Of a stretch of DNA of 64,000 nucleotides, positions 56,036 to 64,000 are shown piece by piece (positions within the stretch are counted from its first letter, which is position 1; every line of letters begins with the position of its first letter). Source of the DNA: an uncultured Collinsella sp. Lineage in GTDB: Bacteria; Actinomycetota; Coriobacteriia; Coriobacteriales; Coriobacteriaceae. The stretch spans positions 6,831-70,830 of the forward strand of contig UQNC01000001.1 of the NCBI GenBank assembly GCA_900542175.1, given 5' to 3'. The position numbers and the translations under genes were made by a program. Below the pieces are notes generated by a model. That model was not told the origin of the DNA, did no database searches, and saw only the letters and a list, made by a program, of their open reading frames with translations.

Positions 56036-56918
56036 GCAGACCAGCTCCCTTCAGAGCATCGGTAAGTGCGGCGCGCGCGTCGTCTGCCATGGGGCAAAGC
56101 GGCATGCGGTAGTTGGCTTCGATCATACCCATCTGGGCGAGTGCCTCCTTGACGGGGATGGGGTTGACCTCGCTAAAGAGGGCGTTGATGAGCGGCTGGC
56201 CGGCAATCTGGATGTCGCGGGCACGTGCCACGTCGCCGTCCAGGTAGGCGCGGCACATGTCGTGCACGAGCTGCGGCTGAACATCGGCCCACACGCTGAT
56301 GGTGCCCGAGGCCCCCAAGCTCATGAGCGGTACGGTGAGCGCGTCCTCGCCCGAGTACATGCGGAAGTCGTCGGACAGCAGGTGGGCGATCTTGGCCGTG
56401 TAGGCGACGTTGCCCGAGGCTTCCTTAATACCCATGATGTTGGGGTGCGCGGCCAGGCGCTCTACGTTGCGCTCGCTGATGCCGCAGCCGCATCGGCCGG
56501 GGATGTTGTACAGGATGCAGGGGATGTCCACGGCATCCGCTACGGTCTTAAAGTGCTGGTAGATACCCTCTTCGTTAGACTTGTTGTAGTAGGGGGTAAT
56601 GAGCAGCAGACCGTCGGCGCCCAGGCCTTGGTAGGTGAGCGACTTGGTGAGCATGGTCTGCGTGGAGTTAGAGCCCGAGCCTGCAATGACGGGGACGCGT
56701 CCTGCAACCTGCTTGACCACGGCGGCGACGACGGAGTTGTCCTCGTCATCGGTCATCGTGGCGCTCTCGCCGGTGGTGCCCAGGGTGAGGATGGCGTCGG
56801 TGCCATTTTGCAGGTGGAAATCGATAAGGCGCTCGAGCGCGTCGAAGTCGACGCTGCCGTCCTTTTTAAACGGTGTGACGAGGGCGACGATTGAGCCCTC
56901 GAGATTGCGGATGTCCAT
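56028..56918 (-). CDS. dapA: 4-hydroxy-tetrahydrodipicolinate synthase
   Basis: Internal ATG preceded by an AAGGAG RBS; TPF, GTTGE and the Schiff-base K-region; 296 aa. In frame with upstream lysA with no intervening stop codon. Confidence 0.85.
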   Translation of the reverse strand: MDIRNLEGSIVALVTPFKKDGSVDFDALERLIDFHLQNGTDAILTLGTTGESATMTDDEDNSVVAAVVKQVAGRVPVIAGSGSNSTQTMLTKSLTYQGLGADGLLLITPYYNKSNEEGIYQHFKTVADAVDIPCILYNIPGRCGCGISERNVERLAAHPNIMGIKEASGNVAYTAKIAHLLSDDFRMYSGEDALTVPLMSLGASGTISVWADVQPQLVHDMCRAYLDGDVARARDIQIAGQPLINALFSEVNPIPVKEALAQMGMIEANYRMPLCPMADDARAALTDALKGAGLLD

Positions 56919-58337
56919 GTTCTTCTCCTTCGCTTCCGCGATCTGGATGCGTTTGTTCCATTGGGCGGCGACGGCCAGGCGCTCGTCTTGGACGCGACGA
57001 CGAGCACTTTCGGCGCGCGACTTTGCCAGCAGCTCGCGGCCGCACGGCAGCACGTCGAGCGTGGCAAAGTAATCGCCCGGACGCTCGGCGCGACGAATGA
57101 GATCTGCCGAGCCGTCGGGGCGCAGCAATACCTCGGCGGAGCGCAGACGGCCGTTGTAGTTGTAGCCCATGGAGTAGCCATGCGCGCCGGTATCGTGGAT
57201 CACGAGTACATCACCCATGTCGATCTGCGGCAGCTCGCGGTCGATAGCGAACTTATCGTTGTTCTCGCACAAGTTGCCCGTGATGTCATACGTGTTCGTA
57301 ACCGGTGCTGCGGTCTTGTCAGGGCCACCCGGCTGTCCCATCACCGTAATGTGGTGGTAGGCACCATACATAGCGGGACGAATGAGGTCGACGGCGCTTG
57401 CGTCCACGCCGATATAGTCCTTGTAAATCTGCTTCTCGTGGATGGCCTTGGTGACCAGGCATCCGTAGGGGCCCATCATAAAGCGACCCATCTCGGTGCA
57501 GATGGCCACATCGCCCATGCCGGCGGGGACCAGAATCTCGTCGTAGGCTGCGTGTACGCCCTCGCCGATGGCGTGGATGTCGTTAGCCTGCTGCTCGGGC
57601 AGGTAGGGGATACCCACACCGCCGGACAGATTGATAAAGGCGACATGTGCGCCGGTCTCGCGCTCCAGGCGCACGGCAAGCTCAAAGAGGATGCGCGCAA
57701 GCTTGGGGTAGTAGTCGTTGGTGACGGTGTTGCTGGCAAGGAAGGCGTGGATACCAAAGTCCTCGGCGCCCTTGGCCTTGAGCGTGCGGAAGGCCTCGAA
57801 GAGCTGCTCGGTGGTCATGCCGTATTTGGAGTCGCCGGGGTTATCCATGATGCCATTGGAGAGCTGGAACAGGCCGCCCGGATTAAAACGGCAGCTGACC
57901 GTCTTGGGAATGGGGCCTGCGACGCGCTCGAAGAACTCGATGTGGCTGATGTCGTCAAAGTTGACGATGGCACCCAGCTTGTCGGCGAGCTCAAAGTCCG
58001 CCGCCGGCGTGTCGTTGGATGAGAACATGATGTCGTGTCCCGTGATGCCCAGCGAGCGGGCGATCATAAGCTCGGTATAGCTCGAGCAATCGCAGCCGCA
58101 GCCGTATTCGTTGAGAATGGAGATGAGCGCCGGGTTGGGATTGGCCTTGACGGCAAAGTACTCCTTAAAGCCCGGGTTCCATGCAAAGGCGTCGCGCACT
58201 TCCTGCATGTTGCGGCGGATGCCCGCCTCGTCGTATAGATGAAACGGCGTGGGAAACTGCTCGACGATATGCTCGAGCGTTTCCTTGTCCACAAACGGCT
58301 GCTTGGCCGCATATGCCTCGTTGGGGGTCAATGCCAT
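56919..58337 (-). CDS. lysA: diaminopimelate decarboxylase (reads through into dapA; no stop codon before the dapA start)
   Basis: FAVKANPNPALI PLP site and GAHGYSMGYNYNG C-terminal motifs, then about 45 extra residues that continue in frame into dapA. Confidence 0.85.
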
Positions 58338-58379
58338 GTCCCGTAAACCTCGCTATCCAGACGGCGCCATCTGCGCATC

Positions 58380-58570
58380 GAATCCGCATAGCGTGGACCC
58401 AATGTCCGGATAGCGCTCCCGCATTGCTGCAGACAGTCCTGCGGGTGTTTCCCGCAGGCCCACCAGGTTGTTCGTGCCTGAAAAACCCAATTCGGCGGGT
58501 TTCGCCTCCCCGCGGGGTCAAAGCCTGCCGGCTCGCCCGCGGCTCTTCGTGCCCGCGCCTCTATCAAGTG
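58380..58570 (-). ncRNA. lysine riboswitch (L-box) in the leader of lysA-dapA-dapB-dapH
   Basis: On the minus strand: AGAGGCGC...GGGGAGGCGAAACCCGCCGAA...ACUGUC...GGGAGCGCUAUCC. These match the L-box elements (AGAGGUGC / GGGGAGCG..CGCCGAAG / CUGUCA / GGAGGGCUAUC of B. subtilis lysC). Confidence 0.65.
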
Positions 58571-58671
58571 GTAACGACCCTACCACGTTGCACTTTACCA
58601 AACAAGAGTATTCGTATATAACGTTTAAAAAATGCAGGGATATGCTAGAAACAAGGGCGTCACAATTCTGC

Positions 58672-58683
58672 ATCACAATATTG
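58672..58683. promoter_or_regulatory. perfect 12-bp palindrome CACAATATTGTG 20 nt upstream of the amidohydrolase start
   Basis: Self-complementary, in the divergent promoter region between lysA and the M20 gene. Confidence 0.3.
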
Positions 58684-58701
58684 TGTGAATGGATATGCCC
58701 C

Positions 58702-59904
58702 ATGAAAGGATCCTTTATGACCGAGCTCCAAGAACTCCGTCGCTATCGTCGCGACCTGCATCGCATTCCGGAGCACGACTTCGATCTTCCGCAAACCATC
58801 GCCTATATCGAGGGCGTGCTCGCCCCGCTTGCCTGCGAGGTGACCCATCCCTGTCCGAGCTGCGTCTGCGCCTTCTTCGACGCTGGCACGGGCGCCGCGC
58901 ATGCCACGGCGATTCGCGCCGATATGGACGCGCTTCCCGTCGCGGAGGCGACGGGCGCGGCCTTTGCCTCGACACATCCCGGAAAGATGCACGCTTGCGG
59001 ACACGATGGACACATGGCCATGGCGCTTGCGGCGGCGACCTTTGTCGATCGCGCGATTCGTGAGCAACCGGGTGCCATCAAGCGCAACGTGCTCTTTGTG
59101 TTCCAGCCGGCCGAGGAGACGACCGGTGGCGCCAAGACAGTTTGTGAGAGTGGGGTGTTTGAGCGCTACGGGGCAGACCGTATCTTCGGGTTCCACGTAT
59201 GGCCCGACCTGCCTGCGAACACGTTGGCGAGCTGTTCTGGTCCGCTGCTGGCGCGCTCGAGTGAAACGCACGTGCACATTCACGGGACAAGCATCCATAT
59301 CGCCAAGACTTACGGCGTTCCAGTCGAGGAATCGCACGACGCGGCGCTGGCAGCAGCCAAGTTTTTGGTTGCCGAGCGCGAACTGATGGACGAGTTGGGT
59401 GCCGACGAGCCCTGCATTGGCAAGTTCGGCCTGCTGCAGGCCGGCACCGTCTGCAATGCGGTTGCGGGGGAGGCGCATGTCGCTGGCAGCCTGCGCGTGT
59501 TTACGGATGACATGTTTGACCGTGCGCGCGAGGGCGTGCGCCGCGTGCTGGACGAGGCCTGCGCCGCAACGGGCTGCACGTACGACCTCGACTTTGCCGA
59601 GGGCTATCCGCCAGTCGATAACGACCCCGAGCTGTTTGCCCACATTGCGCCTGCCTTGTCCGAGCTGCAACTCGTGGACGAGCCGCTGCTGATTGCCGAG
59701 GATTTCGCGTTCTACCAGCGCCATCTGCCGGGCGTGTTCTTCTTGCTGGGCACGGGCGTTCCTGCCAGTCAGGATAATCCGAGCGACGCCGAGGGCTGCC
59801 CTGCCTATGCCACAAGTGCCCTGCATACTGATACCATGCTCTTTGACGAGGAAATCCTACTCAAGGGCCTCGATGTCTATAAACGATTGCTTTTGCTTGC
59901 TTAA
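58702..59904 (+). CDS. M20 family amidohydrolase (candidate N-acetyl-diaminopimelate deacetylase)
   Basis: HACGHDGH and PAEE metal-binding motifs. Divergent from an operon that contains dapH, which implies the acetylase DAP route. Confidence 0.75.
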   Translation: MKGSFMTELQELRRYRRDLHRIPEHDFDLPQTIAYIEGVLAPLACEVTHPCPSCVCAFFDAGTGAAHATAIRADMDALPVAEATGAAFASTHPGKMHACGHDGHMAMALAAATFVDRAIREQPGAIKRNVLFVFQPAEETTGGAKTVCESGVFERYGADRIFGFHVWPDLPANTLASCSGPLLARSSETHVHIHGTSIHIAKTYGVPVEESHDAALAAAKFLVAERELMDELGADEPCIGKFGLLQAGTVCNAVAGEAHVAGSLRVFTDDMFDRAREGVRRVLDEACAATGCTYDLDFAEGYPPVDNDPELFAHIAPALSELQLVDEPLLIAEDFAFYQRHLPGVFFLLGTGVPASQDNPSDAEGCPAYATSALHTDTMLFDEEILLKGLDVYKRLLLLA

Positions 59905-59947
59905 GTGTCGAAGGATACCTGTCTAGAAAACACGAACAGATGTACGG

Positions 59948-59953
59948 TATAAT
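59948..59953 (+). promoter_or_regulatory. -10 box (TATAAT) in the low-GC leader of higBA
   Basis: GGTATAATAG, followed by a CGTTATTAACG near-palindrome that could be the operator. Confidence 0.35.
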
Positions 59954-60004
59954 AGAGATGTAAGCCTATAGAAACGTTTGACGTTATTAACGTAAGGCGA
60001 TACT

Positions 60005-60286
60005 ATGATTGCATCATATAAAGATGGAGACACTGAACGCTTTGCAATGGGTACGCGGATTAGGAAGTTCATTCCTTTTGAGCGGGTCGCCTTGAGGAAG
60101 ATTCGCCAACTGCAGATCTGCGCTTCGCTTGATGATCTTCGCGTTCCGCCAGGCAATCGTCTTGAAGCGTTGAAGGGCGATCGCGCCGGTCAATATAGTA
60201 TCCGTGTCAATGAGCGCTATCGGGTCTGTTTTGAGTGGAGACAGGGGATGGCTTGGAATGTCGAAATCGCCGATTATCACAAGTGA
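60005..60286 (+). CDS. higB: type II toxin HigB (RelE/ParE superfamily, killer protein)
   Basis: DDLRVPPGNRLEALKGDRAGQYSIRVNERYRVCFEW...VEIADYH matches the HigB family almost motif-for-motif. Confidence 0.85.
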   Translation: MIASYKDGDTERFAMGTRIRKFIPFERVALRKIRQLQICASLDDLRVPPGNRLEALKGDRAGQYSIRVNERYRVCFEWRQGMAWNVEIADYHK

Positions 60287-60599
60287 TGAGACTGCGCCCG
60301 ATTTGCTGCCGCCGGTGACTCCTGGTGAGCTTCTCAAAGAGGAATTTCTTGTCCCTATGGGCATTTCTCAATATCGCCTTGCTAAGGAGACCGGGATTCC
60401 GGCTCAACGCATTGGGCAGATTGTCTTGGGGAGGCGTCGTGTGACGGCCGACACCGACCTTCGCCTTTGTCGCTACTTTGGCCTGACGGATGGTTATTGG
60501 CTGCGCGCCCAGATAACGTTTGATCTCGAGGCGGAGAAGAGGCGCATCGAACCGGAACTGGATAAGATCATTCCTGTCCAGCAGGCTATCGCATTGTAG
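60258..60599 (+). CDS. higA: antitoxin HigA (XRE-family HTH)
   Basis: PGELLKEEFLVPMGISQYRLAKETGIPAQRIGQIVLGRRRVTADTDLRLCRYFG. Overlaps higB by 29 nt; toxin-first order. Confidence 0.85.
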   Translation: MSKSPIITSDETAPDLLPPVTPGELLKEEFLVPMGISQYRLAKETGIPAQRIGQIVLGRRRVTADTDLRLCRYFGLTDGYWLRAQITFDLEAEKRRIEPELDKIIPVQQAIAL

Positions 60600-60628
60600 T
60601 GTTCAAAGATGTTGAGGTTGGAGTGACG

Positions 60629-60952
60629 ATGGGGCGACGCCGACAGACTGCCGTGTATAGTCCGGGTGGATGCGGGTGTGGGTTGCTGCTGCTCCCGGTT
60701 ATTGCTGTGAGCATTGGCGTGATGTTTGCGCTTGCTGGACTGGCCGCGGCGGCACTCGTGTTGCTGATTGCTGCTATTGGTGTGACGATTTGGCTCTATC
60801 GTTGCCGCGAGCAACGTCGTGCCGACGGTAAAACCAATGTTGGATGGACTATCTTTTTGGTCGTCGCCTACCTATTGAGCATCAGTTATTTGGCCTTCTT
60901 TATCCTGTTACTTGTAAGCACCTTTACCGGGGAATCCGTCACGGTGGGTTGA
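60629..60952 (+). CDS. small membrane protein (three predicted TM helices)
   Basis: Hydrophobic segments. Start uncertain: GTG at 60599 or ATG at 60629. Confidence 0.4.
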   Translation: MGRRRQTAVYSPGGCGCGLLLLPVIAVSIGVMFALAGLAAAALVLLIAAIGVTIWLYRCREQRRADGKTNVGWTIFLVVAYLLSISYLAFFILLLVSTFTGESVTVG

Positions 60953-61116
60953 TGCACTGCCAGCGGACGGTCGCGCAAAGTTCGTTTGCTTGGCGTTTGG
61001 ATAACTGCATTGGCCGTTTACCGCAACCTTAGCTCACAGCTAATGAATTCAAGTTCAATCCTTCCTACGATGTGCTGTGTGCCGGCGCGGTAGCCGGATC
61101 GTAGGAAGGATGCATG

Positions 61117-61659
61117 ATGAATAAGCTCGAAAACGAAGTGCTGCTGAGCCGTCGCGCTGCACTTGGCGCATTCGCCACTGTTGCCTTGGGGACCGCCAGT
61201 CTTCTTGCCGGTTGCGGTAGCGATAAGGCGACCGTCACCGAGGATGCTGGCGATGGCGACAAGAAGGAAGAAACGAAGAAGGAAGAGCAGCCTACGACTG
61301 ACCTGGCTGTTGGCACGACGGTGACCACGACTGCCGGTCTTTCCGTCGTCGTCGATTCCGTCCAGCCCGGTCTCACAAATTTTGACGGTTCGACCATGAC
61401 GGGTATTCACGTCACGTACGTCAACAATGGCGATGAGGGCGCGGACTACAATGTCTACGACTGGAAGGGCGAGGACGCCAACGGTGCTCAGCAGAACCAG
61501 GGTTATTACAGCGAGGGCTCCGATGAACTGCAGTCTGGTACCCTTGCCGCCGGCGGTTCCGTGGCGGGCAATATCTACTTTGATGGTGACATCAAGAAGG
61601 CTCTCTATTTTGCCAACGTGTTTGATAAGTCTGCCGCTGCAAGCTGGGTGCTGGCCTAA
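61117..61659 (+). CDS. DUF4352-type lipoprotein (Tat-like signal + lipobox)
   Basis: SRRAALGAFATVALGTASLLAGCGS; GGAAGGA RBS. Confidence 0.7.
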   Translation: MNKLENEVLLSRRAALGAFATVALGTASLLAGCGSDKATVTEDAGDGDKKEETKKEEQPTTDLAVGTTVTTTAGLSVVVDSVQPGLTNFDGSTMTGIHVTYVNNGDEGADYNVYDWKGEDANGAQQNQGYYSEGSDELQSGTLAAGGSVAGNIYFDGDIKKALYFANVFDKSAAASWVLA

Positions 61660-61698
61660 CATGTCGCTACCGTTGCGCCGTATGGGAGGTGAGGTCGT

Positions 61699-62121
61699 AT
61701 GCCCGATAAAAAGCTGACGGACGAGTTACTCAATGAACTCCTCGACGCGCCAAACATCGATGGCTATATCAAAGAACACGACTTTGCCGCCCCGTCGCTT
61801 TCGGATTACTTAAAGCAGTTGCTGCAAGAGAAGGGGCTCGAGCGTTCGCGCGTGGTGCGTATGGCCGACCTCAATGAGACTTTTGGTTATCAGATTTTTA
61901 CCGGTGCGCGGCATCCGAGCCGCAACAAGGTGCTGCAGATTGCCTTTGCAATGGCGTTGACGCTCAAGGAGACCAACCGCGCCCTGACGGCTGCCGGAGT
62001 GAGCGTCCTCAACTGCAAGGACCGTCGCGATGCAATCATTATCTTTTGCATCGACCGTGGCTGTAGCCTCCAAAAGGTCAATGAAGAGCTGTACCGCTTT
62101 GGCGAGGAAACGGTGAGTTAG
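61699..62121 (+). CDS. helix-turn-helix domain protein (XRE-like)
   Basis: LSDYLKQLLQEKGLERSRVVRMADLNETFGYQI; GGGAGGTGAGG RBS. Its stop overlaps the kinase start. Confidence 0.55.
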   Translation: MPDKKLTDELLNELLDAPNIDGYIKEHDFAAPSLSDYLKQLLQEKGLERSRVVRMADLNETFGYQIFTGARHPSRNKVLQIAFAMALTLKETNRALTAAGVSVLNCKDRRDAIIIFCIDRGCSLQKVNEELYRFGEETVS

Positions 62122-62127
62122 TGGCCG

Positions 62128-63621
62128 ATGGCTGAGCCGGCGGTGTCACCAGAACAACCATGCGAACGAACGGGGTGCGGACACCATGGGGTGTCCGCAC
62201 CCTGCGTTATGATGGACGCTATGGATACTCAGAGCCCAACATATTCCGATGACGAGCTGACTGCTTCGCTTGTCGAGCATTTGGCGTCGCTCGACCGCGA
62301 TGACAGCTATCGTGTGGAGCGCGTGCTCAAACTTTCGGATGTAGAGACGACCGAACTCGTCAATTTTGAGGGCTCTGGCGGCGGGTCTCTCGGTCCCTTT
62401 GTCCGCAAGCGCATCGATGCTTCGGTGCAGATTGGCGGAGCATATGAGCGCCTGTTTGCGGCCCAGCGCGCCGGTCGTCGTTATGAGCACTTGCCCCGAA
62501 TCGTCGATTGCCGCCGTGTGGGCGACGAGCTTGACGTGGTGATGGAGTATGTCGAAGGCGAGACGCTCGAGGCGCTCGTGGGGCGCCTGGGCGCGACGCC
62601 CGATTATGCCCGCGAGCTGTATCCCGTTCTGTGTGAAGCGGTGGGCGAGCTGCATGCTGGTTTTGCAGCCGCGGGGGAGCCAGGGGTACCGGTAATCCAC
62701 CGCGACCTTAAACCCTCGAACATCATCGTATCGGGCGTGAGATACGCGACCGATGCCGGCATGACCTTTTCCTCGCTGGTGATTATTGATCTGGGAATCG
62801 CGCGCGTTTGGCGCGATGGCGCCGACGCCGACACCGTCAAGTTTGGCACGCGTTCCTATGCGCCGCCCGAGCAGTTTGGGTTTGGGCAGACGAGCGTCCG
62901 CAGCGATATTTACGCGCTTGGCGCACTGCTGTTCTTTTGCCTGACGGGAATTGACCCCAAACCGGGGTGTGACATGCGCGAGCAATGCGAGACGCACGGT
63001 ATGCCAACCCCGCTTGCCGATGTGATTTGCATGGCGATGGCGCTCGATCCCGCCAAACGCTTTGCGAGTGCAAAGGCACTGGGGCATGCTGCGCGCGCGG
63101 CGTATGAGCTATGTCTCCCTGCGTCGTCGCCCGTGACCTTTTCTACTGCCAGTGTGCCCCGGGTCGCGGTGTCACAGGTGCAGCGGGTACAGCAGCCGGT
63201 TGCCCTCACGCTTCCGTCTTCTGCAAACCGGCGTTCGATCGTCTCTCCCGTGACGTCCAAATGTGCGCGTCTGCTCTCGCGTATCCCCGAGCCCGTGGGG
63301 CGTATATGGAATGGATGCGTCTATGCGACAACATTGTTGCTGCTGATGGGCAGCCATTTTGCGGTATTTACGCCGACGGGCGAAAACCGAAACTATCCAA
63401 CGTGGTTTTTGGCACTTGAGTATTTCTTTATGGTCGATGGCCTGGTGCTGCTCATTACATTCGGAATGCTCGACCGGCGTAGGCTTCGGCGTCGCTTTCC
63501 CGTGCTCGATCGGTATCGGGGAGGCGCCTTTGTCGAGCTATGGTTCAAGGCGCTCGGGTTTATGTTTGCCGTCATGTGCGTCGTCGTTGTTATCGGCAAC
63601 GCGACCGGTGTCGTCTCTTAG
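62128..63621 (+). CDS. serine/threonine protein kinase with a C-terminal polytopic membrane domain
   Basis: VIHRDLKPSNIIVS catalytic loop, DLGIAR, APPEQ; C-terminal TM helices. Confidence 0.85.
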   Translation: MAEPAVSPEQPCERTGCGHHGVSAPCVMMDAMDTQSPTYSDDELTASLVEHLASLDRDDSYRVERVLKLSDVETTELVNFEGSGGGSLGPFVRKRIDASVQIGGAYERLFAAQRAGRRYEHLPRIVDCRRVGDELDVVMEYVEGETLEALVGRLGATPDYARELYPVLCEAVGELHAGFAAAGEPGVPVIHRDLKPSNIIVSGVRYATDAGMTFSSLVIIDLGIARVWRDGADADTVKFGTRSYAPPEQFGFGQTSVRSDIYALGALLFFCLTGIDPKPGCDMREQCETHGMPTPLADVICMAMALDPAKRFASAKALGHAARAAYELCLPASSPVTFSTASVPRVAVSQVQRVQQPVALTLPSSANRRSIVSPVTSKCARLLSRIPEPVGRIWNGCVYATTLLLLMGSHFAVFTPTGENRNYPTWFLALEYFFMVDGLVLLITFGMLDRRRLRRRFPVLDRYRGGAFVELWFKALGFMFAVMCVVVVIGNATGVVS

Positions 63622-63630
63622 ATAATCGAA

Positions 63631-63656
63631 AAGGGCCCCGTCTGGGGCCCTTTGCA
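63631..63656. terminator. bidirectional terminator hairpin
   Basis: AAAAGGGCCCCgtctGGGGCCCTTTG. Confidence 0.7.
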
Positions 63657-63663
63657 GTTGCAC

Positions 63664-64000
63664 TTAAATGCGGTTCATTTGATTGGCGACCTTGTTGTAC
63701 CAGTCCTGCCACGTGGGCGGGCAGTACTTCTTGGCGGCTGCCGGGGTAAGCGTGGAGCCATAGTTGGCGCCCAGGTAGGCAACGTGGGCGGAGACACTCT
63801 CGCTCCAGCTGCCAAAGCTACGCCAACCGCCGCCGCGGGCACTCCAGCCCCAGGCGTTATAGGAGCCGGCGCAATAGAGGCCCTTGCTGCTCTCGATGCA
63901 GGCGATGGCGGGGGACCAACGGGGATCGACGCCGGTATTCCAGGCGGCAACGGCAAAGTTGTAGCCCTGGCCTGCCATGGGGGAACCGGCGAGGTAGTTG
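63664..64000 (-). CDS. C-terminal part of a glucosaminidase (Lyz2/FlgJ-type) domain peptidoglycan hydrolase; the 5' end lies beyond the window
   Basis: AVAAWNTG...SSKGLYCAGSYNAWGW...AHVAYL glucosaminidase signatures. The ORF runs to the window edge. Confidence 0.6.
   Translation of the reverse strand, partial: NYLAGSPMAGQGYNFAVAAWNTGVDPRWSPAIACIESSKGLYCAGSYNAWGWSARGGGWRSFGSWSESVSAHVAYLGANYGSTLTPAAAKKYCPPTWQDWYNKVANQMNRI

Noticed and set aside
58468-58701. Upstream extension of the M20 amidohydrolase ORF
   Set aside because: Would overlap the lysA riboswitch leader on the opposite strand and lacks an RBS. The ATG at 58702 (MKGSFMTELQ) fits the family N-terminus.

Overview
This is a 64-kb chromosomal window from a high-GC Gram-positive anaerobe; the gene content and GC fit Actinomycetota/Coriobacteriia, which is inference only. 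Most of it is densely packed housekeeping genes. On the plus strand: a 3' tRNA fragment, nrdD-nrdG (anaerobic ribonucleotide reductase), folE-HD-folB, a SlyD-like FKBP with a UreE-like protein and a Cof hydrolase, metY with a divergent LysR regulator, an amino-acid ABC transporter, pgi, two HAD hydrolases, a PfkB kinase, ettA, nadE, an aminotransferase and ldh. On the minus strand: a lysA-dapA-dapB-dapH operon with a lysine-riboswitch-like leader. The accessory or unusual content is: (1) a 1515-aa surface protein (GLUG-like, FIVAR, Ig-like and alpha/alpha-toroid prenyltransferase-like repeats, C-terminal TM anchor with no LPXTG) behind a 500-nt leader that resembles a cobalamin riboswitch; (2) two type II toxin-antitoxin modules (Phd/YefM-RelE/ParE and HigB-HigA), both lower in GC than the dap operon they flank; (3) an SOS-type cassette of a Y-family polymerase and a YolD-like protein with a Cheo-box-like operator; (4) a 222-bp MITE-like element with 27-bp terminal inverted repeats; (5) a roughly 85-bp palindromic element present twice, immediately upstream of the ribosome-binding sites of two genes, whose stem mismatches are G-U compatible only on the plus strand; (6) a 36-bp near-palindromic repeat present in opposite core orientation on either side of a PAP2 phosphatase gene and a degraded Fe-ADH gene fragment; (7) lysA and dapA reading as one 769-aa ORF with no stop codon between them; (8) a cluster of a small membrane protein, a DUF4352-type lipoprotein, an HTH protein and a membrane Ser/Thr kinase next to HigBA; (9) an orphan UreE homologue coupled to a SlyD-like FKBP next to a Fur-family regulator. 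No CRISPR array, rRNA, integrase or transposase was seen. Many long ORFs in the six-frame track are antisense shadows of real genes in this GC-rich DNA and were rejected.
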